DNA from: a virus
Reading direction: 5' to 3' (one strand)
Length of the DNA: 64,000 nt
Virus record (IMG/VR): IMGVR_UViG_3300020731_000774
Coordinates: 1-64,000 of that record
Part shown: piece after piece, positions 20,506-30,062 of the stretch
How positions within the stretch are numbered: position 1 is the first letter of the stretch
Layout: each line of letters starts with the position of its first letter
Made by a program: the position numbers and the translations under genes
The notes under the pieces: generated by a model
The model's input: the letters and a program-made list of their open reading frames with translations, nothing else
Databases searched by the model: none
Told to the model about the DNA's origin: nothing

Positions 20506-21948
20506 TTATTTTTTTAGTTTTTCTAAAAAATCATCATCAATATCATCATCTTTATTAATATCCTTTGCTAATTTATATTTACCATTAGATAATAATATTT
20601 GGGTATCTGATTTAACATCTATTTGGAAATTACCAAAATTTAGAATTGTATATTCAACACTTTCTTTGGTTATTTCCATTAGTTTTTTAATTTCTTCTCT
20701 TTTTTTACCACTTACTTCACCATCTATATAATAGAACTCTTTATCTGTTATTTCACTTTTCAATTTATTGAATATTTTTTGACCATTTTCAATAGTATGA
20801 AAAAGTAGTAGAGTATTATTATTACATTTATTAACTAAATTTTTGATAAATTCTAATCTTTTATCAGATTGGTGAATGTATGCTTTTTCAAAATCAAATG
20901 CTGCTTTACCATCTCCGCTTTTCCTGACCAATTTTAATCTTTCATGGAACTCTTTATCATTATGGTTAAGTAATAAAACTTTTATATCCATTGGTGTTAT
21001 AATTCCTTTCTTTTTTAATTCATCTGCACTAACTTCGGTTATTTTCGGACCAAGTACTGATTGTATTGTTAGTATTTCGCAACTATCATCAAGTGGGAAT
21101 GTTCCAGATACACCAAATCTAGAATAGGCATGTCCAAATGTATTTTCCAATATTGTTGTTATGGTCTTTGCTTTAGCACCATGTGATTCGTCAACTGCTA
21201 TTGTATGGAATTGTTGAAAGAATTTTTTAGGCCATTTTTCAAGTGATTGATAAGTACCTATATAAATATTTGGGTTATCAGCACCTGAAAACTTTCTTGG
21301 TTTATCAGACATAACTTCTTCTATTCGTATAGTATTATCTATATTTGATTTATCTTGTAAGTTATTTTCACCATAATAATATTCTAAAAAATTATCATAA
21401 AATTGTGTCACTAAGGTAATTGAGGGAACGATTACGAGAAATTTAGCATCTTTTTTAATGTTTTTTAGAGTATAAAAAGCAACTATTGATATGATCAATG
21501 ATTTACCACCAGAAGTAGCAACCTCTGCCATACAAAAGCGATTTTTTAATATTTTATATGCTGCTTCAATTTGATGATCATAAGGCATGAATGAATTCCA
21601 ACCACCTTCTTTATTTTTAACTTTATGATTTTTAAAAAAATCTTTACAGAAGTCTTGAACTTTTTCAAGTGTTACATCACGATTAATTGGAAAGTCTTCT
21701 TTATTTTCTAGAAGAAAAGGCATTTCAATTTCTTTACATCCTCTCATAGCTTCTTTCCATAGACCTAGATTTATTCTACCATTTTTGAAATGTGGAATAT
21801 TCCCATCCCATATACCAGCTTTAACTAAAGGATGATATTTCCAACCCTTTGGTTTTCTAGTAAGCCAAAGTTCCATTTGGAAATATTCAGTCCTAGTTGC
21901 CTCTGATACAACTAGTTCCTCTTTCTCTTTATCATATCTAAATTTCAT
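20506..21948 (-). CDS. uvsW: UvsW-like SF2 helicase, N-terminal subunit (motifs I-IV)
   Basis: PYDHQ, ATSGGKS, VPS..LV.Q, DESH, SGT, YYIDGEV; ends before motif V with a ~50-aa extension. Confidence 0.9.
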   Translation of the reverse strand: MKFRYDKEKEELVVSEATRTEYFQMELWLTRKPKGWKYHPLVKAGIWDGNIPHFKNGRINLGLWKEAMRGCKEIEMPFLLENKEDFPINRDVTLEKVQDFCKDFFKNHKVKNKEGGWNSFMPYDHQIEAAYKILKNRFCMAEVATSGGKSLIISIVAFYTLKNIKKDAKFLVIVPSITLVTQFYDNFLEYYYGENNLQDKSNIDNTIRIEEVMSDKPRKFSGADNPNIYIGTYQSLEKWPKKFFQQFHTIAVDESHGAKAKTITTILENTFGHAYSRFGVSGTFPLDDSCEILTIQSVLGPKITEVSADELKKKGIITPMDIKVLLLNHNDKEFHERLKLVRKSGDGKAAFDFEKAYIHQSDKRLEFIKNLVNKCNNNTLLLFHTIENGQKIFNKLKSEITDKEFYYIDGEVSGKKREEIKKLMEITKESVEYTILNFGNFQIDVKSDTQILLSNGKYKLAKDINKDDDIDDDFLEKLKK

Positions 21949-22069
21949 TTCATGTTATATATAAAAAATAAATAAATGTTTATTTAAATAAAAAAATATT
22001 ATTTTTTGCTGGTTTTTTATAGAGGGAAGAAGAAAAAAGATATATATACATAAAAAATATTTAAAAATT

Positions 22070-22432
22070 ATGGGATTTATATCATGGCTTAAAGATCTTT
22101 TCAAAAGAGAGCATGAAGTACAAGCAGAAGTTAAAACTATTGCTGAGGAAGTTAAAACGGTTACAGATGAAGCTAAACCAGTTGTTGAAGATGTAAAAGT
22201 AGTTATTGACAAAGTTGAAAAAACTATCAATGAAGAACCAACTGAAAAAATTGTTGAAAGATTAGTTGAGGTTGCTAAGGATGAAAAAGTTACAGCTAAA
22301 GAAATTAAGGCTAAGGCTAAAAGAACTCCTAAACCAAAAACTGAAACACCTACTGAGGTTGCACCTGAGGCTAAAACAGCTCCAAAAAAACCACGTAGAA
22401 AACCATCACCAAAAAAACCAAAAGGTGAATAA
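22070..22432 (+). CDS. Glu/Lys-rich protein with a basic Pro/Lys tail
   Basis: Composition and codon usage support the + strand ORF; terminator follows. Confidence 0.6.
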   Translation: MGFISWLKDLFKREHEVQAEVKTIAEEVKTVTDEAKPVVEDVKVVIDKVEKTINEEPTEKIVERLVEVAKDEKVTAKEIKAKAKRTPKPKTETPTEVAPEAKTAPKKPRRKPSPKKPKGE

Positions 22433-22451
22433 TGTTTGCCAAAACATAAAT

Positions 22452-22483
22452 AAAAAACCACTCAATTTTGAGTGGTTTTTTTT
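22452..22483. terminator. Bidirectional intrinsic terminator
   Basis: AAAAACCACTCA-attt-TGAGTGGTTTTT. Confidence 0.8.
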
Positions 22484-22489
22484 ATTCTT

Positions 22490-23155
22490 TTATTTTAATC
22501 TATAAGATGGATTGAATATGTATATCTCTACTACTAAGTTTTCTAATTGAGATAATTCCTCTAAACCATTTAAATTCAACCACTCATCTATATTTGCTTT
22601 TTTTGGTGGTTGTCCTAGCAATGATACATTACTAGGAATATTACGAGTTACGTTATTAACATTTTTATTTTTATATTTATACGTTAATTGTATTTCAAAA
22701 CCAACATCAATTATCATGAATAATTTACTATAAACCCCTTTGAGATCCATTACAAAATCTTTAAAATCCTTGTAATTAAAATCGGTTAATCCAATTTTAT
22801 ATTCACCTGATGTCAATAGAAATTTTTCATATAAATCATAACTATTATCTATAAATTCCTGAATATAATCTATTACTTCATCTTTAGTTGCATCAATATC
22901 AAATGCTTTAAAAAAAGAATTTGCATCTTGTATAGTGCTACTTGCTTTTTTGATATAATCTTTGTTTACATTTCTAATAAAATCCACTAAATATTGAATA
23001 GTATCTTTAGTAAATAAACTAGGATGTGCTGCTAAAACACTATCTATTAGTGGTTGTATTCTAATATCCCAAAATTCTTTATTAACTAATGGGCTTCTTT
23101 TAAAAGAAGTTTGGTCATACTCATTTGACTCTACTATTTTTGAAAATTTTCTCAT
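22490..23155 (-). CDS. Putative capsid-internal protein (MRKFxKIxES family)
   Basis: N-terminus MRKFSKIVES resembles those of 34581 and 35327. Confidence 0.55.
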   Translation of the reverse strand: MRKFSKIVESNEYDQTSFKRSPLVNKEFWDIRIQPLIDSVLAAHPSLFTKDTIQYLVDFIRNVNKDYIKKASSTIQDANSFFKAFDIDATKDEVIDYIQEFIDNSYDLYEKFLLTSGEYKIGLTDFNYKDFKDFVMDLKGVYSKLFMIIDVGFEIQLTYKYKNKNVNNVTRNIPSNVSLLGQPPKKANIDEWLNLNGLEELSQLENLVVEIYIFNPSYRLK

Positions 23156-23174
23156 AATTTATATATTAAAAAAT

Positions 23175-23201
23175 AAAACCACATTTTTTAAATGTGGTTT
23201 T
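23175..23201 (-). terminator. Intrinsic terminator after serA
   Basis: AAAACCACATTT-ttt-AAATGTGGTTTT. Confidence 0.7.
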
Positions 23202-23205
23202 ATTT

Positions 23206-24186
23206 TTAGAATGTTCCGAATTCGGCTTTTATTAATTCTGCTAATTCAAGTCCTATACGATCTTGTGCTTCTAATGTAGCAGCACCAATATGTGGTGTTA
23301 CAGCTATTTTAGGATGATATAAAAGATCATTATTTGGATTTGGCTCATCTTCAAATACATCTAATGCAGCTGCTGCTACCTGTCCATTTTCTAATGCTAC
23401 CAATAAATCATCTTCATTTACTACACCACCTCTAGAGGCATTTACAATTCTAACACCTTTTTTCATTAGATTGAATTCTCGTTCATTAATAACAGAATCA
23501 CCATTTTCTTGTTTTGGTATATGAACTGAAATATAATCACATTTAGGTAGTAATTCATCAATACTAGTAGTTGTTTTAATATTTATACCTACTTGATTAG
23601 ATACATCCTGTCCTTCAGATGTTGTCCAAGGTAAGTTTAAATAAACTGTTTCTGTTTTTTCTTCAATATCAACTGCTAATACTCTCATACCCATACCAAT
23701 AGCATAACTTGCTAACGATTGACCAATTCTACCAAATCCAATTATACCTAATGTTTTGCCTCTTAATTCTATTCCACTTGCATAATATTTCTTCAAATAG
23801 TCAAAATCTTTTTTATTCATCTGTCTAGATGAATCATATAATGATCTAGATATGGAAAACATTTGACCAATTACCAATTCCGCTACGGATTGTGAACTAG
23901 ATGCGGGTGTATTAATTACTTTAATTCCTCTTTCTCTTGCATATGATACTGATATATTATCCATACCAACACCACCTCTACCGATTAATTTTAGATTAGG
24001 ACAACCATCAATAATATCTTCTCTTATTTTTGTTGCACTTCTAACAAGAACTATTTCATAGTTTTCTTCATTAATTTTATTAATAAGATCTTTTTGATCT
24101 ACTTTTTCAGTTACTACAGTGTAACCAGCATTTTCTAATGCTAATTTACCTTCATCTGAAATACCATCGTTTGCTAATATTTTCAT
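23206..24186 (-). CDS. serA: D-3-phosphoglycerate / D-2-hydroxyacid dehydrogenase
   Basis: VRSAT, GRGGVGMDNI, GIIGFGRIG, NASRGG, LDVF..EP, TPHIGA.T.EAQ. Confidence 0.85.
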   Translation of the reverse strand: MKILANDGISDEGKLALENAGYTVVTEKVDQKDLINKINEENYEIVLVRSATKIREDIIDGCPNLKLIGRGGVGMDNISVSYARERGIKVINTPASSSQSVAELVIGQMFSISRSLYDSSRQMNKKDFDYLKKYYASGIELRGKTLGIIGFGRIGQSLASYAIGMGMRVLAVDIEEKTETVYLNLPWTTSEGQDVSNQVGINIKTTTSIDELLPKCDYISVHIPKQENGDSVINEREFNLMKKGVRIVNASRGGVVNEDDLLVALENGQVAAAALDVFEDEPNPNNDLLYHPKIAVTPHIGAATLEAQDRIGLELAELIKAEFGTF

Positions 24187-24211
24187 ATATTTTTTATTTT
24201 TTTATTTTAAA

Positions 24212-24862
24212 TTATTCATTATATCTTATTTCATTTTCATCAAATATAGATCTCAATTTAAAGTCTCTAATAAATGATTTGAACTTTTCACAAAATGCTT
24301 CAATATTTTTATCATTTTCTTTCTCCATTCTAACTAACATCTTATTTAAAAAAGTTTCAATTGAATCATTGGTTGTTAAATTGTTTAAATTTTTACCTGG
24401 TCCTAAATATGAATTAAATAACTTTAATAGATTTGTTGAATTTCTAAAAGGTGAATTTTTATCTAGATTGCATTCATTTTCTATTTCAGAATATAATTCT
24501 CTAACTGCATTTACTGTTTCTTTATTACCCTCTAATGAGGAAAATTCTAAACCATTACATTCATGTAATTTGACCCAAAATTTAGCACCCCCTAATTCAA
24601 CATTATTAGGATAATTTAATTTATCTGCTTTTGATTTAACATTTGGTATAGAAAAAGTAATTGAACTAAACTGAGAACTTCCCTTTCTAATATAAATTCT
24701 TTCTACTTTAATTAGAGTTCCCTTTGGAATTTCAACAACTTGTGTGTGTTTTGATATATTTAATTTCTCATGTAGAGTATTTCTATATTCATTATATAAA
24801 GTAAATTGCCAATCTTGTTCTAGTTTTAGAATTGTTCCAATATCTGGTATAAATAGTTCCAT
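24212..24862 (-). CDS. Hypothetical phage protein
   Basis: LFIPDIG...DW.F.LYNEYRN..RIYIRKG; C-terminal IRDFKLRSIF. Confidence 0.55.
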   Translation of the reverse strand: MELFIPDIGTILKLEQDWQFTLYNEYRNTLHEKLNISKHTQVVEIPKGTLIKVERIYIRKGSSQFSSITFSIPNVKSKADKLNYPNNVELGGAKFWVKLHECNGLEFSSLEGNKETVNAVRELYSEIENECNLDKNSPFRNSTNLLKLFNSYLGPGKNLNNLTTNDSIETFLNKMLVRMEKENDKNIEAFCEKFKSFIRDFKLRSIFDENEIRYNE

Positions 24863-24866
24863 ATAA

Positions 24867-25517
24867 TTATTTTCTTTTTTGTATTATTTCATCAATCATT
24901 CCATATTTCTTAGCTTCAGTAGCACTCATCCAGTAATCACGATCACTATCTTTATATACTTTATCATATGTTTGACCAGTATTTTCAGAAATTATATCAT
25001 ATAATTCTTTTTTAAGAGAGTTTATTTCTTTTGCATCAATTTCTATATCAGATGCTTGTGCATAACTAGCACCAAAACCAAGTGGCTGATGAATCATAGT
25101 GCGACTTCTTTTAAGTGCTTTTCTCTTTCCCTTTGTGCCACCACATAAAAGAACTGCTGCCATAGATGCAGCAAGACCAGTATTAACTGTTATGATATCA
25201 GGTTTAACAAATTCCATAACATCAAGTAGTCCCAAACCGGAATAGACATCACCTCCACCAGAACAAATATAGAGTGTTATATCATTATCATTAAGACTTT
25301 CCATATATAATAATTGAGCTTTTATAAGATCACATATATAATCATCAACTTCTCCGGTTAACATAATTATTCTATCGTCTAATAATTTACTAAAAACATC
25401 TGTTGGGTGTAAAGTTGGTTCAAAAATACCACTTGTATTTTTTTTATAATAATTTATATAACTGCTGTTTATTTTTTTACTTTTTGCAAATTTTTCAAAA
25501 TCAGTTGAATTATCCAT
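24867..25517 (-). CDS. clpP: ATP-dependent Clp protease proteolytic subunit
   Basis: DVFS.LL.DRII, GLAASMA, MIHQP, DRDYWMSA.EA..YG.ID. Confidence 0.92.
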   Translation of the reverse strand: MDNSTDFEKFAKSKKINSSYINYYKKNTSGIFEPTLHPTDVFSKLLDDRIIMLTGEVDDYICDLIKAQLLYMESLNDNDITLYICSGGGDVYSGLGLLDVMEFVKPDIITVNTGLAASMAAVLLCGGTKGKRKALKRSRTMIHQPLGFGASYAQASDIEIDAKEINSLKKELYDIISENTGQTYDKVYKDSDRDYWMSATEAKKYGMIDEIIQKRK

Positions 25518-25612
25518 TAATTTATTTTTTTCTTTTTTATCTATAAATAATATAAAAGTTTAATTAAATATAGTTTTGAAAATTAATATATACTAAAAAA
25601 TAAAATAATAAT

Positions 25613-25888
25613 ATGAAAACAACTGTAGAAATTAATGGATACTTTATTGATATTGAAGAAAAGGATGGAGTTATCTCTGTAACTGCAACTAAAGATGAAG
25701 AAGTTGTAGAAGAATTCTCAATTGATACTGAAGAAGGTCAAGAAGATGAAGAAGGTCAAGACGAAGATGCTCAATCATTTGATAAATTTGATAAAGAGGA
25801 AGAGGAAGAGGATTTTGAAGATGAAGATGAAGAAGATGAAGAAGGTAAATTAGAATCTTTTCAATCTTTTATCAATAAAAAGAAATAA
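25613..25888 (+). CDS. Small highly acidic protein
   Basis: Asp/Glu tracts; C-terminal LESFQSFI; late motif upstream. Confidence 0.6.
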   Translation: MKTTVEINGYFIDIEEKDGVISVTATKDEEVVEEFSIDTEEGQEDEEGQDEDAQSFDKFDKEEEEEDFEDEDEEDEEGKLESFQSFINKKK

Positions 25889-25935
25889 TTAATTATTTTT
25901 TGTATATTTGCAAATAAATATAAATAAATTGGTTT

Positions 25936-27051
25936 ATGAGTGATAAAAATGGATTAACTAAATCCAATGATAGTTTAAATAATAAGGATGTAATGTTTTA
26001 TTATTCATTTGATTGGGATAATAATATTCTTGATATGCCTACTAAAATCCATATGGAACACCTAATTGATGGTGATTGGATGCCTGAGGATGTGTCTACA
26101 TCAGATTTTGCTATTGTTAGGTCAGATAATGAGAATTGGAGATTATTAAATAATGATCCAGCATCAGCTTTTTCAGAATTTAGAGATAATGGACCAAGGG
26201 GTGAAGATGCTTTTTTAGATGATGTTAAGATTGCTATATCTGAAAAAAAATTCGCACCATCTTGGGATGATTTTATAGAGTGTATTATAAATGGATCTGT
26301 ATTTTCTATAATAACTGCACGTGGTCATGAACCTAGACCAATGAGAAAAGGAGTTGAATATATTATTGATAATATCTTAACTAATGATCAAAAAGATGAG
26401 ATGTATAATCATCTATTAAAATTTGTATACCTTTTTAATGGGGATGGTATAGATACGATACCAAGATTTCTTGATACAAATACACCATCTAAGAATAAAT
26501 TAGTAATTAACTATTTAGATAATTGTGATTTTATTGGGGTTTCTGCTCCATCAAGAGGTGGTAATGCGAGTAATCCAGAAGAGGCTAAGGAGATGGCTCT
26601 TTTAGATTTCAAATCTAAAATTGATAAGTTTGCTAAAAATATTGGATTAAAAGCCAGAATTGGTTTTTCGGATGATGATTTAAAAAATGTTAAACACATT
26701 GAGTATTTAATGAATAATATAAATCATGAACGTTTTCCTAATATAGTAGAATTTGTAGTTAAAAATACAAATAATCCAAAAAATGTAACTAAATCTTCTA
26801 GAAAATTTGAAGGTATTAAAAAATATAAAGAATTTAGAGAAAGTCAAGATCCTATGCAAACATCTACTATGTCTATGCAAACACCAAATGCTGCAATGTC
26901 TGGTGATATGAATAGTCAAGAGCCATTCATAGCAAGGATGATTGGGCAAACAAAACTTTTAACAAAATTATCAAATAATGCTGTTAAAAAAAAGAAAAAA
27001 ATTAAAAAAATAATAACTAAAGATGATATTACAAATCCACCTAAAATATAG
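25936..27051 (+). CDS. HAD-superfamily-like protein
   Basis: FDWDNNI, IITARG, K, GFSDDD. Confidence 0.6.
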   Translation: MSDKNGLTKSNDSLNNKDVMFYYSFDWDNNILDMPTKIHMEHLIDGDWMPEDVSTSDFAIVRSDNENWRLLNNDPASAFSEFRDNGPRGEDAFLDDVKIAISEKKFAPSWDDFIECIINGSVFSIITARGHEPRPMRKGVEYIIDNILTNDQKDEMYNHLLKFVYLFNGDGIDTIPRFLDTNTPSKNKLVINYLDNCDFIGVSAPSRGGNASNPEEAKEMALLDFKSKIDKFAKNIGLKARIGFSDDDLKNVKHIEYLMNNINHERFPNIVEFVVKNTNNPKNVTKSSRKFEGIKKYKEFRESQDPMQTSTMSMQTPNAAMSGDMNSQEPFIARMIGQTKLLTKLSNNAVKKKKKIKKIITKDDITNPPKI

Positions 27052-27064
27052 GTGGATTTTTTTT
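27033..27064 (+). terminator. Intrinsic terminator
   Basis: AAATCCACCTA-aaata-TAGGTGGATTT followed by a T tract. Confidence 0.75.
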
Positions 27065-27105
27065 GAATATCAAAACTTATATAAAAATAAACATATATTA
27101 TATAT

Positions 27106-28296
27106 ATGGATAAGGAATATATAAAAGGTTTAATACAAAAAATACTAAATAAAGAATTTTCATCTTCTACTAGAAGACGTATTAATGATTTTAATGATAG
27201 ATTTAATTTTTGTGCACCTTGTTGTGGTGATTCTCACAAAAATGAACATAAAAAAAGGGGTAATCTATATCTTAATAAATTGAGATACATTTGTTTCAAT
27301 TGTGGTGCATCTATGACACTTGATAAACTATGTAAAAAATTTAATGAACAAGTAGATCCTGATAAAAAATTAGAAATGATAGAACACTTAAATAGTGTTG
27401 TCACTTATTCAGATTATGAAAATGATATGTCCGATGCTAAATTAGAAAATCTAATTGATTTATCAGAACTTGAAAGAGTTTTCTCTAATAATTTAACACC
27501 CATATCAGATTTTAAACCAATACAATTAAATGGTGGTGTATATAAATACTTATTAAATAGAGGTATTGGTCCAGAATTACATGAAAATATTTATCAAGGT
27601 AAATATTGGAAAAATGAAGATGAATCAGAATGGATAATAATAATGTTAAATAGGAGAGATGATAAAGTATTAGGTATGCAAATTCGTAATCTTAAAGAAG
27701 GTAAACGAAGAATGTTCAAAATATATAATTATGAAAATTTACATGAATGGGTCAGTATTGGAAAAGATGAACCTGATATTGATATAAATGAATTAGTTCT
27801 TTATAATAAATTGTCATATTATTTTAACATACTTAATGTTAACTTAGGTGATGTTATTACAGTTTTTGAAGGATATATAGATTCTATGTTTTATCCCAAT
27901 TCGATTGGTTTAGTTGGAGTTAATACTGATAATACATTACTTGAGAATAATGGTCTAGATATAAGATATTTTTATGATAATGATGATGCAGGTTTTAAAA
28001 AATCCGAGCAAAAAATAAAAGCTGGTTATCCTGTTTTTCTATGGAAAAAATTATTCCAAGATATAGTGGATAAAAAGAAAACAGATGATCCTGATCGTTT
28101 ATTACATAGGATAAGTAAAGTCAAGGATATGAACAAATTAGCACAACTAGTAGAAGATCCATATAATAAATTAGGACTAGATGATTTTTTCAGTAAAGAT
28201 GAATATGATTTGAAATGGATACCAAAAGTTGTAAGAGTTAATAAAATACAAGAAGTTGACTATAATAAAAAATTTAAATTTTTTGATTCTTTCTAA
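27106..28296 (+). CDS. DNA primase (T4 gp61-like)
   Basis: Zinc finger CAPCCGDS...K.RG...CFNC; TOPRIM FEGYIDS, YDNDDAG, KDMN. Confidence 0.85.
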   Translation: MDKEYIKGLIQKILNKEFSSSTRRRINDFNDRFNFCAPCCGDSHKNEHKKRGNLYLNKLRYICFNCGASMTLDKLCKKFNEQVDPDKKLEMIEHLNSVVTYSDYENDMSDAKLENLIDLSELERVFSNNLTPISDFKPIQLNGGVYKYLLNRGIGPELHENIYQGKYWKNEDESEWIIIMLNRRDDKVLGMQIRNLKEGKRRMFKIYNYENLHEWVSIGKDEPDIDINELVLYNKLSYYFNILNVNLGDVITVFEGYIDSMFYPNSIGLVGVNTDNTLLENNGLDIRYFYDNDDAGFKKSEQKIKAGYPVFLWKKLFQDIVDKKKTDDPDRLLHRISKVKDMNKLAQLVEDPYNKLGLDDFFSKDEYDLKWIPKVVRVNKIQEVDYNKKFKFFDSF

Positions 28297-28339
28297 AATA
28301 GAATGTCATTTTATTTATATATAAAAATAAAATGAAATT

Positions 28340-28696
28340 ATGAAAAATAAATTAATTGATAATATCAAGTGGTTTTTCACTGAGATAATGAATATTTACT
28401 CTAATAAAGAATCTTTTTTCTCTAAAAAAAGAATTGAATCTGGAATTGGATTTATAATTGCTGAATGGGGTATGATATTCTTTTTGGTTAAAAAAATAGA
28501 TGTTTTAGATGCTTATGGATTTGGTTTATGGGCATCTATACAATTTTTTATAGCTGGTTATATTATTAAACAAATCCAAAAGGAGAAAAGTGATAATCAA
28601 AATATATCTGATATATCTACTTCTGATTCTTCAAATGAAACAACTAATCCCGAAACAACTAATACTGATGGAACATCAACAGATGTACAAAAATAA
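28340..28696 (+). CDS. Two-TM membrane protein, possible holin
   Basis: SKKR followed by two hydrophobic helices and a polar tail. Confidence 0.4.
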   Translation: MKNKLIDNIKWFFTEIMNIYSNKESFFSKKRIESGIGFIIAEWGMIFFLVKKIDVLDAYGFGLWASIQFFIAGYIIKQIQKEKSDNQNISDISTSDSSNETTNPETTNTDGTSTDVQK

Positions 28697-28728
28697 AAAA
28701 AATCCACTCAAATGAGTGGATTTTTTTT
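28697..28728. terminator. Bidirectional intrinsic terminator
   Basis: AAAAAATCCACTCA-aa-TGAGTGGATTTTTT. Confidence 0.8.
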
Positions 28729-29128
28729 ATTTACCAAATTTTCTTGTAGTTTTATAAGATTTACTCTCATTATACTTTTTTTCAATATTTACATACTTAA
28801 TAACAGCATAAACATCATTAGTTTTTAGGTCAACACCATCTACAACATAATTACCAGTCTCTGATGGTTGTTCTATTTCATAACCTTTATATGTAAGAAT
28901 ATTATTATGTAATTCAGAACCCTCTAATTTATCATGTAAATATGATAAACCATCTTTATATCCAGCTAATGGATCATCTTGCACTGAAGGTCTCTCAGTT
29001 GGTATAACTGATGGTCTCATCGGTCTAGCTGGTTTAGGTGTAATTGTTGGTGCAGGTGTTGTTGTTGGTGCAGGTTTAGATTCAGAACCATATACAAACT
29101 CTTCATATTTTTTAACTATTTTTCCCAT
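28727..29128 (-). CDS. Putative capsid-internal protein, Pro/Thr-rich
   Basis: MGKIVKKYEEF N-terminus; late motif upstream. Confidence 0.5.
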   Translation of the reverse strand: MGKIVKKYEEFVYGSESKPAPTTTPAPTITPKPARPMRPSVIPTERPSVQDDPLAGYKDGLSYLHDKLEGSELHNNILTYKGYEIEQPSETGNYVVDGVDLKTNDVYAVIKYVNIEKKYNESKSYKTTRKFGK

Positions 29129-29161
29129 TGTTTTAGTTTATTTTTACTTATATATTAATAT

Positions 29162-29647
29162 CTATTTTTGTCTTTCTTGTATTTCATTAACAACAAAATC
29201 AAAAAATATATCTAACTCATACTCCAATCCCTCACAAAAATCATATAAATCATATTTTTCATTCTTTATGAAAAATTCAGGTATTATAAATCCATCATTT
29301 AATAACACAATCTTACCCACCATTCTACCTGGTATTCTTCTACCACTTGATAATTTTAAATCAGGGCAATATATAATACCAATATAGTGTGTTTCAATTT
29401 CAGATGTCTTTTTATTCCTTTTAACTTCCTTATTTATGTATTCAAATTTAAATATCCCAAGATCATCTATAAAAGTCCTATCCGCCTCATCTTTTAATAA
29501 AATTTTAAGATACTCTAATTCTTCACCATTCTTAAAAGAATCTAAAAAATCAATTTCTAATTTACTTAGTGCTGAAATACCATGTTTAGATATCTTATCT
29601 AATAAACCATCCACCCTTTTCTGAATACCATAATCATTATCTTCCAT
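29162..29647 (-). CDS. Protein with N-terminal DUF6576-like motif
   Basis: VDGLLDKISKHGISALSKLEIDFL. Confidence 0.55.
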   Translation of the reverse strand: MEDNDYGIQKRVDGLLDKISKHGISALSKLEIDFLDSFKNGEELEYLKILLKDEADRTFIDDLGIFKFEYINKEVKRNKKTSEIETHYIGIIYCPDLKLSSGRRIPGRMVGKIVLLNDGFIIPEFFIKNEKYDLYDFCEGLEYELDIFFDFVVNEIQERQK

Positions 29648-29694
29648 AAGATATTTAATACTTTATAGTATATATTAATATTAGAATTAATATT

Positions 29695-30024
29695 TTATAC
29701 AATTACTTTCCAGTTATTGAAATATGGTTCTTTATCTAATAACCTATCTCTTACTGTTTTATAGACTAAGTCCAAATCACCAGAAGTTTGATAAATTGAT
29801 ATAAAATTATTGTTTATTTCACTAGGATTGAAATCATTATATATATTGTTTAATATATTGTTTATTTTATTATCCCTTTCCCACTTCTTAACTTCAGTTG
29901 ACCAACTATCAATAAAGAATATAAGAAAATCCTCAGTAGTATGATCTCTAATCATGTCAAAGTCTATCCCATCATAGAACCGAATAATAGATGTTGTAAT
30001 ATTTATCTCCTCAATTAATCTCAT
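29695..30024 (-). CDS. Hypothetical protein with RDxKI motif
   Basis: ERDNKINNIL. Confidence 0.55.
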   Translation of the reverse strand: MRLIEEINITTSIIRFYDGIDFDMIRDHTTEDFLIFFIDSWSTEVKKWERDNKINNILNNIYNDFNPSEINNNFISIYQTSGDLDLVYKTVRDRLLDKEPYFNNWKVIV

Positions 30025-30062
30025 AAAATAAAATAAAATAAAAATGATGTAGATTTTCTACA

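Noticed and set aside
20506-20680. Active split intein in uvsW
   Set aside because: No N-terminal Cys/Ser block A, no TxxH and no terminal His-Asn. Kept only as a possible degenerate module.
21955-22505. Overlapping ORFs 21955..22461(-) and 22266..22505(+), plus the other short antisense ORFs in the track
   Set aside because: They overlap better-supported genes and show no motifs or regulatory signals.
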